Shown here: in pieces, positions 30,309 through 39,999 of the stretch | How the letters are laid out: each line of letters opens with the position of its first letter | Position numbering within the stretch: the stretch's first letter is position 1 | NCBI GenBank assembly: GCA_963707025.1 | Contig: CAVPOM010000010.1 | Location: 160,001-224,000, forward strand | Source of the DNA: an uncultured Verrucomicrobiae bacterium | GTDB lineage: Bacteria; Verrucomicrobiota; Verrucomicrobiia; Limisphaerales; Palsa-1400 | Reading direction: 5' to 3' | DNA: 64,000 bases | Notes under the pieces: model-generated | The model's database searches: none | The model's input: only the letters and a program-made list of their open reading frames with translations | What the model was told of the DNA's origin: nothing | Translations under genes and position numbers: made by a program

Positions 30309-31031
30309 CTACTTTCCCATGGCCAGCCGTTCCGCCAGGCGCGCCGGCAACCCCGCCTCCAGGATTTTCTTCTGCGCCGCGGCAATGTCGTATTCCAGCC
30401 GGCGCAACTCGATGGAGCCTTCATCCATGTCGTAAATGACGTAAGCGGACTTCGGGTTGCTGTCGCGCGGCTGTCCGACCGCCCCGACGTTGACAAAGTA
30501 TTTCCGGCCCGGTTCCACCCGGAATTTCGAGTAGGTCCCGCCCCGCACCACGCTGTCCCGGATGAAGGCGACGGGCACATGGGTGTGCCCGAAAAAGCAG
30601 ACCGGGGTGTTCTGGTAGGTGAAGCTGGCCGCCGCGGCCAACTTGTCAAACACATATCCCCAGCGCTGCGGCGCGTCCAGGGTGGCGTGGACGATGGTGA
30701 AATTGGAGACCAGCCTGAGAAACTTCAAATCCCGCAGCCACTTGCGGTCGTCCTCCGTCAACTTCCCCCGCGTCCAGTTCCCCGCCTCCGCCGCGTGCGG
30801 GCTGAACCCCTCCATGGGGGTGTCACTGGAGCAGAATTCGTCGTGGTTTCCCTTCACGCAGGGAATGTTCATGGCCCGCACCGTGTCCAGGCATTCCTTG
30901 GGATTGGCATTGTAGCCGACCACGTCGCCCAGGCAGGCCACATGGGTGCATTTCTGCTTTTCGATGTCCTGCAAAACCACTTGGAAGGCCTCCAAATTGG
31001 CGTGGATATCAGCTATGATCGCGTACTTCAT
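30309..31031 (-). CDS. Metallophosphoesterase family protein
   Basis: DIHAN, LGDVVGY, GNHD, GHTHVP, NVGAVGQPRD. Confidence 0.95.
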   Translation of the reverse strand: MKYAIIADIHANLEAFQVVLQDIEKQKCTHVACLGDVVGYNANPKECLDTVRAMNIPCVKGNHDEFCSSDTPMEGFSPHAAEAGNWTRGKLTEDDRKWLRDLKFLRLVSNFTIVHATLDAPQRWGYVFDKLAAAASFTYQNTPVCFFGHTHVPVAFIRDSVVRGGTYSKFRVEPGRKYFVNVGAVGQPRDSNPKSAYVIYDMDEGSIELRRLEYDIAAAQKKILEAGLPARLAERLAMGK

Positions 31032-31049
31032 CGTATGCCTGTCCCTGCA

Positions 31050-31328
31050 TTATTGCGTAATCTCAAAACTTCGAAATTCATTCTTTGCCTCGGTCCAACC
31101 CAACTGCTCCTGCCGGATGAAACGGCCCACGTCCGACTGCCGCACGGCCTCCAGCAGGCCCTCCAACTCGGCCCGCGCCCCCTCGGCGATCAACTCCACC
31201 CGGCCGTCCTCCAAATTCCGCACCGTCCCTGTGACTTCAAACCCGTTGACCAGGATTCTGACCGAATAACGAAAACCCACGCCCTGCATCCGCCCGGAAT
31301 AATAAATTGTCGCGCGCTCTCGTCTCAT
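31050..31328 (-). CDS. acyP: Acylphosphatase
   Basis: SGRMQGVGFRY, G.VRNLEDGRVELIAEG. Confidence 0.92.
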   Translation of the reverse strand: MRRERATIYYSGRMQGVGFRYSVRILVNGFEVTGTVRNLEDGRVELIAEGARAELEGLLEAVRQSDVGRFIRQEQLGWTEAKNEFRSFEITQ

Positions 31329-31444
31329 CTCCCACATAGTACAACCCCAAGATAAAGCCACAAGACCGACACTTTGCGCAACTGAATTGTTGCGCCAATA
31401 AACAGGCCTTGCCCGCCAACCGGAAAGGGCCGTATCCTCTCCGC

Positions 31445-32590
31445 ATGAGGCTCATCAACCCGTTGCTGGTTGTTCTCTTTGGCTTGGCGGCCGCCGCGCA
31501 AAACGATGTGCCGGCCATGAAACCCATCCCGGGCCGCAACACGGCGGCGCATCTGGCGGCCAGGGGATTCATGCGCGGCGCCAATATCGCCAATTACCTG
31601 GAAGTGCCGCCCGGCCAGGGCTGGGCCGTGGCCCACACCGTCGCCGATCTGAAGTTCATCCGCGCCGAAGGTTTTGACCACATCCGGCTGCCGGTCGGCT
31701 GGCATCACTACACCGGACCGGCGCCCGGCTTCACCTTGTCGGACGAAATCTTTGCCAAGGCGGACCAAATGGTGACCAACGCGACCGCGCTGGGATTGAA
31801 CGTGATGATTAACCTGCATCATTTCAACGAGTTCACCACCGATCCAGCCGCGCAGACGGCCTGGTTCCAGGCCATCTGGCGCCAAGTGGCCGCGCACTAT
31901 GCCGGCGCCCCGGCCGGCGTCGCCTTCGAACTGCTCAACGAGCCGAAGGACGCGGCCACCACCGTCCGGTTGAATCCGATTTTCGCCGAAACCATCCGCC
32001 AGATTCGCCAGAGCAATCCGCATCGCGCCATTTTTGTCGGCCCCGGCCGGTGGAACTCCCCGGACGAGTTGGTCAACCTCCGGCTGCCGGAGGACGATGA
32101 CAACATCATCGTTACGCTGCATTGTTACGATCCCATGTACTTCACCCATCAAGGCGCGGACTGGGCCGGGCCGGATCATCAGGTCACTGGCGTCCTTTTC
32201 CCGGGGCCGCCCAAAGCGCCCCTGCAACCCGATCCCGGCCTGGGCTTGAAGCCCTGGGTGCTGGACTGGTTTCGCCAGTACAACACGCTGCCTGCCGACC
32301 GCAATCCCTCCAGCCCCCTGGCCTTTGTCCCCAAGATTCAGCAGGCCAAAGCATGGTCGGAGAAATATGGGCGGCCGGTGCAGTTCGGCGAATTTGGGGC
32401 CTACACCAAGGCGGACCCGGAATCGCGGGCTCATTTTTACGGGGCGTTCCGGCAGGCGCTGGAGGAGGCGGGCATCGGCTGGACGATTTGGGATTGGAAA
32501 TCCGGTTTTAATTATTGGGACCCAAAAACGCAACAAGCGCTGCCCGGCATGCCGGAGGCCCTCTTCCCCGCCAAGACCCGGAAACCATAG
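31445..32590 (+). CDS. Glycoside hydrolase family 5 (cellulase-like), secreted
   Basis: Signal peptide, GFDHIRLPV, INLHH, ELLNEP acid/base, HCY, GEFG nucleophile. Confidence 0.93.
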   Translation: MRLINPLLVVLFGLAAAAQNDVPAMKPIPGRNTAAHLAARGFMRGANIANYLEVPPGQGWAVAHTVADLKFIRAEGFDHIRLPVGWHHYTGPAPGFTLSDEIFAKADQMVTNATALGLNVMINLHHFNEFTTDPAAQTAWFQAIWRQVAAHYAGAPAGVAFELLNEPKDAATTVRLNPIFAETIRQIRQSNPHRAIFVGPGRWNSPDELVNLRLPEDDDNIIVTLHCYDPMYFTHQGADWAGPDHQVTGVLFPGPPKAPLQPDPGLGLKPWVLDWFRQYNTLPADRNPSSPLAFVPKIQQAKAWSEKYGRPVQFGEFGAYTKADPESRAHFYGAFRQALEEAGIGWTIWDWKSGFNYWDPKTQQALPGMPEALFPAKTRKP

Positions 32591-32591
32591 A

Positions 32592-34256
32592 TCAAGCGTG
32601 GCGGTTCCACGCCAGCGCGATGGGGCAGAAACCGATCCTCGCCAGCGGTGTCAATAATACAATGCCGAGCGACAGAGTCAGAAACCCGGCCTGGTCATGA
32701 AACAGAATTGCCGCGGGGATGAACAGGGTGGCGGCCAGCAAAACCCAGACGGCCAGATAGGCCCGGAGGGCGGACGGAGCGAGCAGGCCGCGTTTGAGGG
32801 AAACGCGAAAGGCCAGAAAGGCCAGCAAGAATTTCACGACCACCAGACAAACCAGCAAACCGGGAACCAGCCGCCAGAAGGAATTCCAAGTCGCATCGTC
32901 CTGGGACAGCATGGCCAGCGTCATTCCACCCAGGTAAGCCGCCAACATCAGCCAGACCGGCATCTTGGCCAGCCACCGTTTGCCTGACCAAGTGAAACTC
33001 AGGCTGACCGCGATCAGACGCCAGCTCAAGATCATCAATCCCAGGAGGATAATCGCCCTGTGTTGCGCCAAGGCCGACGAAAACTGGTCCACCTCTTGAA
33101 AAACGCCCAACCACGGCATGGCACACATCGCCGCCAAAACCGCCAACCACGAAATCAACGCGCCGATCCCCTCGGCTTTCAGCGTGGCCATCATCATCGC
33201 GCCATTGCTCAACGGGCGATTCATCACGAACGGCAGGTCGGTTTGCGGCGGCGCCACCGCAAAGCAAAAATAGAGCGCTGGCGGCATGAAAAGCAAATAC
33301 ACCACGAAGCCTAACACGGTGTCATCCTGCATCGGCCCCAGCCTTGCCACGAAGCGCGCCAGCAGATGGATGGCCACCGGCACCAACGCCAGCCCGGCCG
33401 CGTAAAAGCTCAAGCGGCGCGCAAACCGCCGCCATTCAAACCACAACTGCGCCTGCGCCGGCGAAGCAAAGCGCTTTGGCCCCCGCATCTCCGCGCGCCC
33501 GGACCACCAGGCCAACGGCCATTGCCAGGCCCATCCCTGCCATTGCCCGTGCCGCATCTTTTGCAGACCGGCCGCGGCCAGCGCCATGCCCAGCACAAAA
33601 AGCGGCGGCAAGACAAATGGCGACTCAAAAATTTCGCGCTGCGCCGGCGAACCCAGAAAACAAAAGAGCAGCGCCATCAACACCACCATCCGGGTCCTGG
33701 GCCAGGCGGCCAGCGCCCAGACAATCCCTTGCGCCAGCGCCAGCAGCGTCATCCAGCCAAAGCAGTTTTGGTAGACGCCGAAGATGTCCACATGCGGTTG
33801 CGGGACCCAATATACCCAACATCCGTAAAGCACAATGATGGCAGACATCCCGCCCAGAAAAAGCCACCAGAACAGAAACGGAGTCGAAACCGGCAGCGTG
33901 AACAGGCGCGCCGGAAAGGTCATCGGGTCCTTGGTTTTGGGATCGAATTCCGTAAAGGTGAACATCCACGTCACAAACAGAAGACTCAGCACCATCGCCA
34001 CCGCCGGCCCGCACGCGAGAAACAGGAGATACAGCACCTGCACAACCCGCTGGAGCGACGGCCCGGTGTTGTTCATTAGCCCAGCCCGTTTGACCATTTC
34101 CTCCAAGGCATCCGGACTGCCCGGGTTGAACCCCGCCAGCGCGCAGAGCGCCGGATACATCACGGCGAAGAACAAAATGAAGCCGACGATGGCGATTAAG
34201 CGCAGGCGGTGTCTGCGCCAAAGTTCCCAGGCTAATGCCGTAGCGGGTCTGTTCAT
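32592..34256 (-). CDS. Multi-TM membrane protein, probable ABC-2-type permease of the YtrA-like operon
   Basis: Two repeated halves (AWELWRR / QLWFEWRR), many TMs, AGGAGG RBS. Follows the ABC ATPase. Confidence 0.8.
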   Translation of the reverse strand: MNRPATALAWELWRRHRLRLIAIVGFILFFAVMYPALCALAGFNPGSPDALEEMVKRAGLMNNTGPSLQRVVQVLYLLFLACGPAVAMVLSLLFVTWMFTFTEFDPKTKDPMTFPARLFTLPVSTPFLFWWLFLGGMSAIIVLYGCWVYWVPQPHVDIFGVYQNCFGWMTLLALAQGIVWALAAWPRTRMVVLMALLFCFLGSPAQREIFESPFVLPPLFVLGMALAAAGLQKMRHGQWQGWAWQWPLAWWSGRAEMRGPKRFASPAQAQLWFEWRRFARRLSFYAAGLALVPVAIHLLARFVARLGPMQDDTVLGFVVYLLFMPPALYFCFAVAPPQTDLPFVMNRPLSNGAMMMATLKAEGIGALISWLAVLAAMCAMPWLGVFQEVDQFSSALAQHRAIILLGLMILSWRLIAVSLSFTWSGKRWLAKMPVWLMLAAYLGGMTLAMLSQDDATWNSFWRLVPGLLVCLVVVKFLLAFLAFRVSLKRGLLAPSALRAYLAVWVLLAATLFIPAAILFHDQAGFLTLSLGIVLLTPLARIGFCPIALAWNRHA

Positions 34257-34266
34257 AAGAATCCTC

Positions 34267-35169
34267 CTATCCTGATTTAGTTCCGGCCCAGGCCACAAAA
34301 ATTTCATCCAGCGACGGCGAGTCCTCCGCCACCACCCGTCCGCCCGTGCGCGCCGCTGCGGCCACCGCCTCCTCCCGTTTGCCGTTGCAAATCGCCGTCC
34401 ATTCCCGCCCGCCGCCAGTGATGCTCAAGACCCCCGGCACCTTGGGAGGGGACGGCTGGGGCGAATCAAACCGCAGCACCAGCCGGTGATGGTTCTCCTT
34501 CACCTCATCCAGCGCGCCGGCCAAAACCACCCGCCCGTTGAACATCATGGCCAGGTCGTCCGCCACCCGTTCCACTTCCTCCAGCAAGTGCGACGAGAAA
34601 AAAACGGTGCGGCCTTCGTCGGCGACCGTGCGAATAATGGCTTCCAGAATGTCCCGCCGCACTACCGGGTCCAGCCCCGAGCTGGGCTCATCCAGCAGGA
34701 GCAGTTCCGGCCGGTAGGCCAGCGCGATCAGCAATCCAGCCTTGGCATTTTCGCCGCGCGAGAGCGTCCTGATTTTCGCGCGCGGGGCCAGGCCGAATTG
34801 CCGCCGCAACTCCTCGGCGTAGGCCATGTCCCACTTCGGATAAAACGCCGCCGTGTAGCGCAGCAACTCGTCCACCCGCATCCACGCCGGCAGGTCCCGG
34901 TTCTCCGACAAATATCCAATCCGGCCCAGCACCGCCACCGCATCGGCCACCGGATCCAAACCAAAGACCCGCACCTCTCCGCCCTGGGCCTTCAGCCGGC
35001 CGAGGACATGTTTGATCAGGCTGGTTTTGCCCGCGCCGTTCGCGCCGACCAGGCCAAAGACGCGCCCGCGCCCGACTTGCAGCGATACTTGGTTGAGCGC
35101 GAGGGTGGCGCCGAATCGCCGGTTCAAGCCGGTGATTTCCACGGCGGGGAGTGCATCGGTTGTGTTCAT
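34267..35169 (-). CDS. ABC transporter ATP-binding protein (YtrB-like)
   Basis: GANGAGKTS Walker A, LSRGE signature, LLLLDEP Walker B, SSH. Confidence 0.95.
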   Translation of the reverse strand: MNTTDALPAVEITGLNRRFGATLALNQVSLQVGRGRVFGLVGANGAGKTSLIKHVLGRLKAQGGEVRVFGLDPVADAVAVLGRIGYLSENRDLPAWMRVDELLRYTAAFYPKWDMAYAEELRRQFGLAPRAKIRTLSRGENAKAGLLIALAYRPELLLLDEPSSGLDPVVRRDILEAIIRTVADEGRTVFFSSHLLEEVERVADDLAMMFNGRVVLAGALDEVKENHHRLVLRFDSPQPSPPKVPGVLSITGGGREWTAICNGKREEAVAAAARTGGRVVAEDSPSLDEIFVAWAGTKSG

Positions 35170-35558
35170 TTGTTCTCCTTGGGTTGAAGAGACTGGCTGC
35201 GCTCTTTGATCAGGCGGAACAATTCCTGCGGTTCCACCTCCAGATGCCGGGCCTCCGCCAGCAGGGCGTCCACCCGCTCGGAGACAATCCTGAGCCGTTC
35301 CTTGCGGGCCAGCGGCGAGGCGGCGTCGGAGATGTAGGTGCCGGAACCGTGGCGCTTCTGCACCACCCCTTCCCGCTCCAGCTCCAGATAGGCCCGCGCC
35401 ACCGTGTTGGGGTTGACCAAAAGCTGGTGGGCCAGCACGCGAATCGGAGGAATTTCGTCCCCCGCCGCCAGCCGCCCGGAAGCGACCAGGTATTTCACCT
35501 GATTGGCGATCTGCCAATAGATCGGAACTCCGTCCCCCGTTGAAACATGCAGTTGCAT
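35166..35558 (-). CDS. GntR family regulator, YtrA subfamily
   Basis: PIY.QI...GDEIP.IR.LA....VNPNTVARAY.ELE.EG...G.GTYI, with a short C-terminus. Confidence 0.95.
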   Translation of the reverse strand: MQLHVSTGDGVPIYWQIANQVKYLVASGRLAAGDEIPPIRVLAHQLLVNPNTVARAYLELEREGVVQKRHGSGTYISDAASPLARKERLRIVSERVDALLAEARHLEVEPQELFRLIKERSQSLQPKENK

Positions 35559-35598
35559 TGTGTACTCATACACTAATACACTTTCCCGTCCCCGTCAA
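35559..35598 (-). promoter_or_regulatory. Promoter with overlapping palindromic YtrA-type operator
   Basis: TTGACG(35598-35593)-17bp-TAGTGT(35575-35570). The palindrome GTGTATTA-gtgta-TGAGTACAC covers the -10 and abuts the ATG. Confidence 0.75.
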
Positions 35599-35632
35599 TC
35601 GAATTTTTCACTTTTTTTGTAATGCCCCCTGA

Positions 35633-35743
35633 CGCAGCGCGCCCGTCCCCTGGCGCGGCAACGTCCGGACTTCCGCCGCGCCCGGCAAAGCCCGGCACCG
35701 CCGAGTCCCTGCCGGATGCTGCGCCCGAGGGCGGACGCACTCC
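35633..35743. repeat. REP doublet, third copy of the RAYT-associated family
   Basis: CGCAGCGCGCCCGTCCCCTGGCGCGGCAACGTCCG ... TGCTGCGCCCGAGGGCGGACGCACTCC. Confidence 0.8.
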
Positions 35744-35762
35744 TCCATTGACGCATCACCGC

Positions 35763-37526
35763 TCATGGCTGCGCCGGCAGGAGGCGGAGGCTGCGCAAAT
35801 TCATGGGATGCCAGCCCTGGGCCACGGGCTGGACGACGAGGTTAAACATGCCGGGGTTGGGGATTTCCAGGGTGCTAGCCAGGTTCGTGCTGGTGAAGAC
35901 CGTGTAGCTCCCCGTCGCCGGGGCCGCGCCTTGAAGTTGTTGCGCGCCGACCAGGACTTGAAATTTGCCCGAGGCTTCCGCGGCGATTTCGGCGACGAGG
36001 CGGAACTTGCCGGGACGATCCACTCGGAAGGTCCAGCTCGCCGTGTCCGCCGGGTTGGTCCAATAGCCGATGTTGTCCTTGCCCCCGCCGAGCTCGTATT
36101 GCAAGCCGCCGCGCAGTTCCGCCTCGCTGGCCATCAGGCGCACCGTGCCGTCGGCTTGCTGCTCGATCGGCCGGACGGCCACTTCCGGCGCGCCTTTGAT
36201 TTTCAATGCCACCGTGGAGGAAATCGGGTCCGGGGCGGCGTCCGGCACCCGCACTTCCACGCCCTCCGGCGTGCTGCTGAAGGGCAAGGCGGTTCCGCCC
36301 GCGAGCAATTGCGCCGAGATCACCGAGTTTTTCAATCCGGGCACAATCAGTTTGCCATCCTGCGGCCAGTTGAAGACATGGAGGTAAAGGGTCGTCTCGT
36401 TGCCGGAAATTATTTTTGTGCAACGGCCCCACGGCAGCCGTTTGAAGGGACTGGCGGTGGTGGCGTAAATGGCGTCGCCGTTGACCTTCATCCAGGCGCC
36501 GACGGCCTTGAGGCGCTCAATGCTCGGCTGGGGAAACAGGCCTTCGCGGGTCGGCCCGACGTTGAGCAGATAATTGCCGCCCTTGCTGGCGATGTCCACC
36601 AGGTTGCGGATGAGGGTTTCGCTGGATTTCCAATTGGTGTCGTCGCTTTTGAAGCCCCAGGTGTCGTTCATGGTCATGCAAGTTTCCCAATCCCGTCCGC
36701 CAAAGCCCGTGGCGGGAATGGATTGTTCGGGCGTTTCGGTGTCCCCCTTGTAGTCGCCGCCGAGGCGGTTGTTGTGGATGATGCCCGGCTTGAGCTTGAG
36801 CAATTCGATGAGCTTGCCGGCGCGCGCCTGCGTCATGTCGCAGGGGGTGTCCCACCACAGCACGGCGGGGAATTCGCCGTAGTTGGAGAGCAACTCGCGC
36901 ACCTGCGGCACGGCCACTTTGTCAATGTAATCGTCCATGTCATGCGCCTGGGCCGGGTCCCATTTGCCGCTGCAGGCGGCGCCCCCGTTGTTCCAATCCT
37001 GCGCCTGGGAATAATAAAAGCCGAGTTTGAGGCCGTATTTGCGGCAGGCGGCGGCGAGCGGCTTTAAAACATCCTGGCCATAAGGGGTCGCCTGCACGAT
37101 GTTCCAATGACTGGCCTTGGTGTCGAAATTGGCGAAGCCGTCGTGATGTTTGGCGGTGATGACGATGTATTTCATGCCGGCTTCCCGGGCGAGTTGCACC
37201 CACTGGTCGGGATCGTATTTGACGGGATTGTATTCCTTGGCGAAGGCCTGATAGGCGGCCATCGGAATCTTGCCATTGCACATGATCCACTCGCCAAGGT
37301 CCGGCACCCGCCCGCCGTGGTAGGTGCCGGCGGGAACGGAATAGACGCCCCAGTGAATGAACATGCCGAAGCGCGCCTCGCGCCACCAATTCAGGCGCGC
37401 GTCGTGTTGGGCGGGGGTTTCGTTGGCGTAAGGATCGGGCGTATCGGCGGCCAACAGCACGGCAGGAAGCAACCCGGCCAGCAGCAGACCGGCCAGCGCG
37501 GACGCGGCTTTGATTTTCTTGATCAT
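35763..37526 (-). CDS. Alpha-L-fucosidase (GH29) with C-terminal CBM-like domain
   Basis: Signal peptide, WWREARFGMFIHWG, ITAKHHDGF, LWWD, WETCMT, GGNYLLNVGP. Confidence 0.95.
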   Translation of the reverse strand: MIKKIKAASALAGLLLAGLLPAVLLAADTPDPYANETPAQHDARLNWWREARFGMFIHWGVYSVPAGTYHGGRVPDLGEWIMCNGKIPMAAYQAFAKEYNPVKYDPDQWVQLAREAGMKYIVITAKHHDGFANFDTKASHWNIVQATPYGQDVLKPLAAACRKYGLKLGFYYSQAQDWNNGGAACSGKWDPAQAHDMDDYIDKVAVPQVRELLSNYGEFPAVLWWDTPCDMTQARAGKLIELLKLKPGIIHNNRLGGDYKGDTETPEQSIPATGFGGRDWETCMTMNDTWGFKSDDTNWKSSETLIRNLVDIASKGGNYLLNVGPTREGLFPQPSIERLKAVGAWMKVNGDAIYATTASPFKRLPWGRCTKIISGNETTLYLHVFNWPQDGKLIVPGLKNSVISAQLLAGGTALPFSSTPEGVEVRVPDAAPDPISSTVALKIKGAPEVAVRPIEQQADGTVRLMASEAELRGGLQYELGGGKDNIGYWTNPADTASWTFRVDRPGKFRLVAEIAAEASGKFQVLVGAQQLQGAAPATGSYTVFTSTNLASTLEIPNPGMFNLVVQPVAQGWHPMNLRSLRLLPAQP

Positions 37527-37560
37527 AAAATGGTGTTATATACAGGCCCCCCTGGGCGGG

Positions 37561-37631
37561 AAGTGAAATTAGGTGAAACCAGGTGAAACCAGGTGAAATT
37601 AAGTGAAATTAGGTGAAATTAAGTGAAAACC
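37561..37631. repeat. 10-bp tandem repeat (ARGTGAAAYY)7
   Basis: AAGTGAAATT AGGTGAAACC AGGTGAAACC AGGTGAAATT AAGTGAAATT AGGTGAAATT AAGTGAAAAC. Confidence 0.9.
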
Positions 37632-37738
37632 TGGCGGTGGTTTTGAACCGCGAACGCCGAGTGGAGTGGCGGAGTAATGGAGTGATGGAGTGATGGGGTG
37701 GATGCTCATGCTCAAGGTGGTCAAGCTTCACAATTATG

Positions 37739-39696
37739 GTAGAGTAGGCGAAGTGGAAGGAGGCGGATTGAACTGACCGCAGTTGTCAGTCTCGCGCTGC
37801 CACTTCGCCCCTCATCGAACCGAACGGACGGATTTCCCATATTCGGCTCTCCGAACTCATTCATCGGGCCGCCTTCCACTTCGCCGTGGTCGGCAGTTCA
37901 TAGAGTCCATAACGCTGGTGCAACTGCTCGGGAACGTAGTGTTCCCACAGGCTGCGGCGGCAACCGTGTTTGCGCCACAGCCAGCGCCGAAAGCGGTTTT
38001 GGCTGTAGTGTTTCATCCGGTTCATCACCGAGACGCTGTTGCCGTAGTGGAAGTAGCCCGCCCATCCGCGCAAGACTTGGTTGACCTCTTTGACCACCTC
38101 CTGTATCGGACGCCCCTGCGTCCAGTGGTTGAGGATGCCGCCCAGTTTCTCGCGCAGGGCCCCCCGGCTTTTCTGGCTGGGTTGAACGTGCAGGTAGCCG
38201 CGCCCTCCAAAGGACTTGCGCCAGGTCAGGTTGAAGCCCAGGAAGTTGATCCCTTCCTTGCGAATGTTCACAATTCGGGTTTTGACTTCGTTGAGGGTCA
38301 GCCCTTTGGCTCGAAGCCATTTCTTGAGCCGCGCTATCAGCCCTCCGCCGCACCCCGCCGCGCACGCGATGACAAAGTCATCGGCGTAGCGCACCATGCG
38401 GGCTTGGCCGGAGGTTTTCTCGTTCACCCCGTGATCCAGCGGGTTGAGGTAGAGGTTGGCCAGCAGCGGCGAGATGACCCCGCCTTGCGGCGTGCCGCGC
38501 CGGTTGGGGATCACTCGCTTGGTGCCGTCCTGGTCTTCCTCCGCGACCGGGGCGCGCAGCCAGCTCTTGAGGAGCCGCAGCACGCTGCCGTCGCTGACCC
38601 GCCGGGCCACGGCCTTCATCAGTTCCCGGTGCGGAATCGTGTCGAAATATTTCGTCAGGTCCGCGTCGATGATTTCCACGTAGCCTTGCTGCACTGCTTG
38701 TTGGATTTCCGCAATGGCTTGGTGTGCCCGGCGTTTGGGCCGAAAGCCGTAGGAGCGCGGATGAAAGTCCGCCTCCAAGATCGGCATCAGCACCAGATAC
38801 ACCGCCGTTTGCACCACCCGGTCCTTGACCGTCGGGATGCCCAACGGCCGTTCCCCTCCGCTGCTCTTGGGAATCATCACCCGCCGCACCGGGCTGGCCC
38901 GATACGTCTTGGCTTTGAGTTCTGCTTGCAGGCGGTCGAGCCATTGCTGGCGCAGGGCCGGGTCGGCGGTGATGGACTCCATACTCTGTCCGTCCACTCC
39001 CGCGGCCCCGCCGTTGCGCTGTTGCGCTGCCAAGGCGGTTTCGAGCACGTCCTTGCGCAGCAATTCCCCATACAGGCTCCAGAACCGATACTTCGGCTCT
39101 GCTTTGGCTTTCCGATAGAGCGCGATTTGAAGCTGCCGAACTTTCTCCGGGGTTGCTATCCGGGTCGCCCCGGCCATCCCCGCATCCTTCGCTTCGCCTC
39201 CACGCATTGAGCAAGTGTTCCCCCTTTGCGTTCGCTCGCGCAACTCCCGGCGGAAATCCGCCTGGAGCGCAAACAAGTCCACGCTACTATGAGGAACTCC
39301 GACTTCTCCGGCAGGGCCGCTCGCCTGACTGGTCTTGCCAGCTTGCGCGGGCGGTTGGGCTGGCCGCCCGCCGCCGGAGTTCTCCCAGCTTACCTTGGTT
39401 GAACTTCCAGACGTGCCGTCCACGCCGACCCCGCCGGAGCGTTGAGAAGGCTCTGACTGTTGCCCTGCCTCCTCCCTGCGGCCTTCGCCGGTCAAACAGC
39501 GGCTCGGCTTGTCTCCGGTTCTAAACTTATCGAGGCTCATTGGATGTGGTTCATTTTCATTACGGCCCGTCTGTTCATCTCCCTCAGCTTCCAACCCCGC
39601 CTCGCGGCGGCGCTGTTGAGGTCGTGTTCCGTCGTGAACAGCCTAATTCGACGGACGGGACTTTCACCCGCGTTCCAACCAACTTCACTGGCGCAA
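37739..39696 (-). mobile_element. Group II intron (IIB, bacterial class F-like), apparently full length
   Basis: 5' end TTGCGCCAG at 39696, followed by GCGGGTGAAAGTCCCG. Domain V GAGCCGAATATGGGAAATCCGTCCGTTCGGTTC (37849-37817). Domain VI with bulged A ending CCTACTCTAC at 37739. RT ORF inside. Class is assigned from recalled RT N-terminus resemblance only. Confidence 0.9.
37861..39177 (-). CDS. ltrA: Group II intron reverse transcriptase/maturase (no endonuclease domain)
   Basis: GAAGVDG, RPLGIPTVKDRVVQ, SYGFRPKRRAH, DADLTKYFDTIPH, GTPQGGVISPLLANLYL, RYADDF, FLGF, and domain X LRGWAGYF. Confidence 0.96.
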   Translation of the reverse strand: MAGATRIATPEKVRQLQIALYRKAKAEPKYRFWSLYGELLRKDVLETALAAQQRNGGAAGVDGQSMESITADPALRQQWLDRLQAELKAKTYRASPVRRVMIPKSSGGERPLGIPTVKDRVVQTAVYLVLMPILEADFHPRSYGFRPKRRAHQAIAEIQQAVQQGYVEIIDADLTKYFDTIPHRELMKAVARRVSDGSVLRLLKSWLRAPVAEEDQDGTKRVIPNRRGTPQGGVISPLLANLYLNPLDHGVNEKTSGQARMVRYADDFVIACAAGCGGGLIARLKKWLRAKGLTLNEVKTRIVNIRKEGINFLGFNLTWRKSFGGRGYLHVQPSQKSRGALREKLGGILNHWTQGRPIQEVVKEVNQVLRGWAGYFHYGNSVSVMNRMKHYSQNRFRRWLWRKHGCRRSLWEHYVPEQLHQRYGLYELPTTAKWKAAR

Positions 39697-39726
39697 CGTT
39701 TGACCCGGTTTGACCGGTTTGACCGG
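39697..39726 (-). repeat. 9/10-bp tandem repeat (CCGGTCAAA)3 forming the intron 5' exon
   Basis: The minus strand reads CCGGTCAAA CCGGTCAAA CCGGGTCAAA CG immediately before TTGCG. Confidence 0.85.
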
Positions 39727-39999
39727 CGGGGGAAAAATGCATCCTCCTCCGCAGGGCCTTCCACCTTCGCCGGGCCTACGGAGGACAGGACGGAGGACAG
39801 GAAATGCAAAATGCAGAATGCAAAATCGGAAGCAGGCCGATAACGTCATGGTTTCCAGTGGTGCGACAAATTGGGGCGACATCCCGCCTCCGCCAAGCCT
39901 GCGGCGCGGCAAGGGGAAGGCACAGGAAAAGGATGAACAGGATTCTGAGAGGCGGACCCTCGCCCGGGCCGTCAGTTGCACATGGAACCTCGGACGCTT

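Noticed and set aside
37561..37700. CRISPR array
   Set aside because: Units are 8-10 bp and contiguous with no spacers, and no cas genes are in the window.
37861..39594. RT as a DGR, retron or defence-associated RT; 577-aa extended ORF
   Set aside because: YADD, domain X and clear DV/DVI plus a 5' end identify a group II intron. No TR/VR pair with adenine-specific differences was seen. The extra 139 N-terminal codons run through ribozyme domains I-IV.
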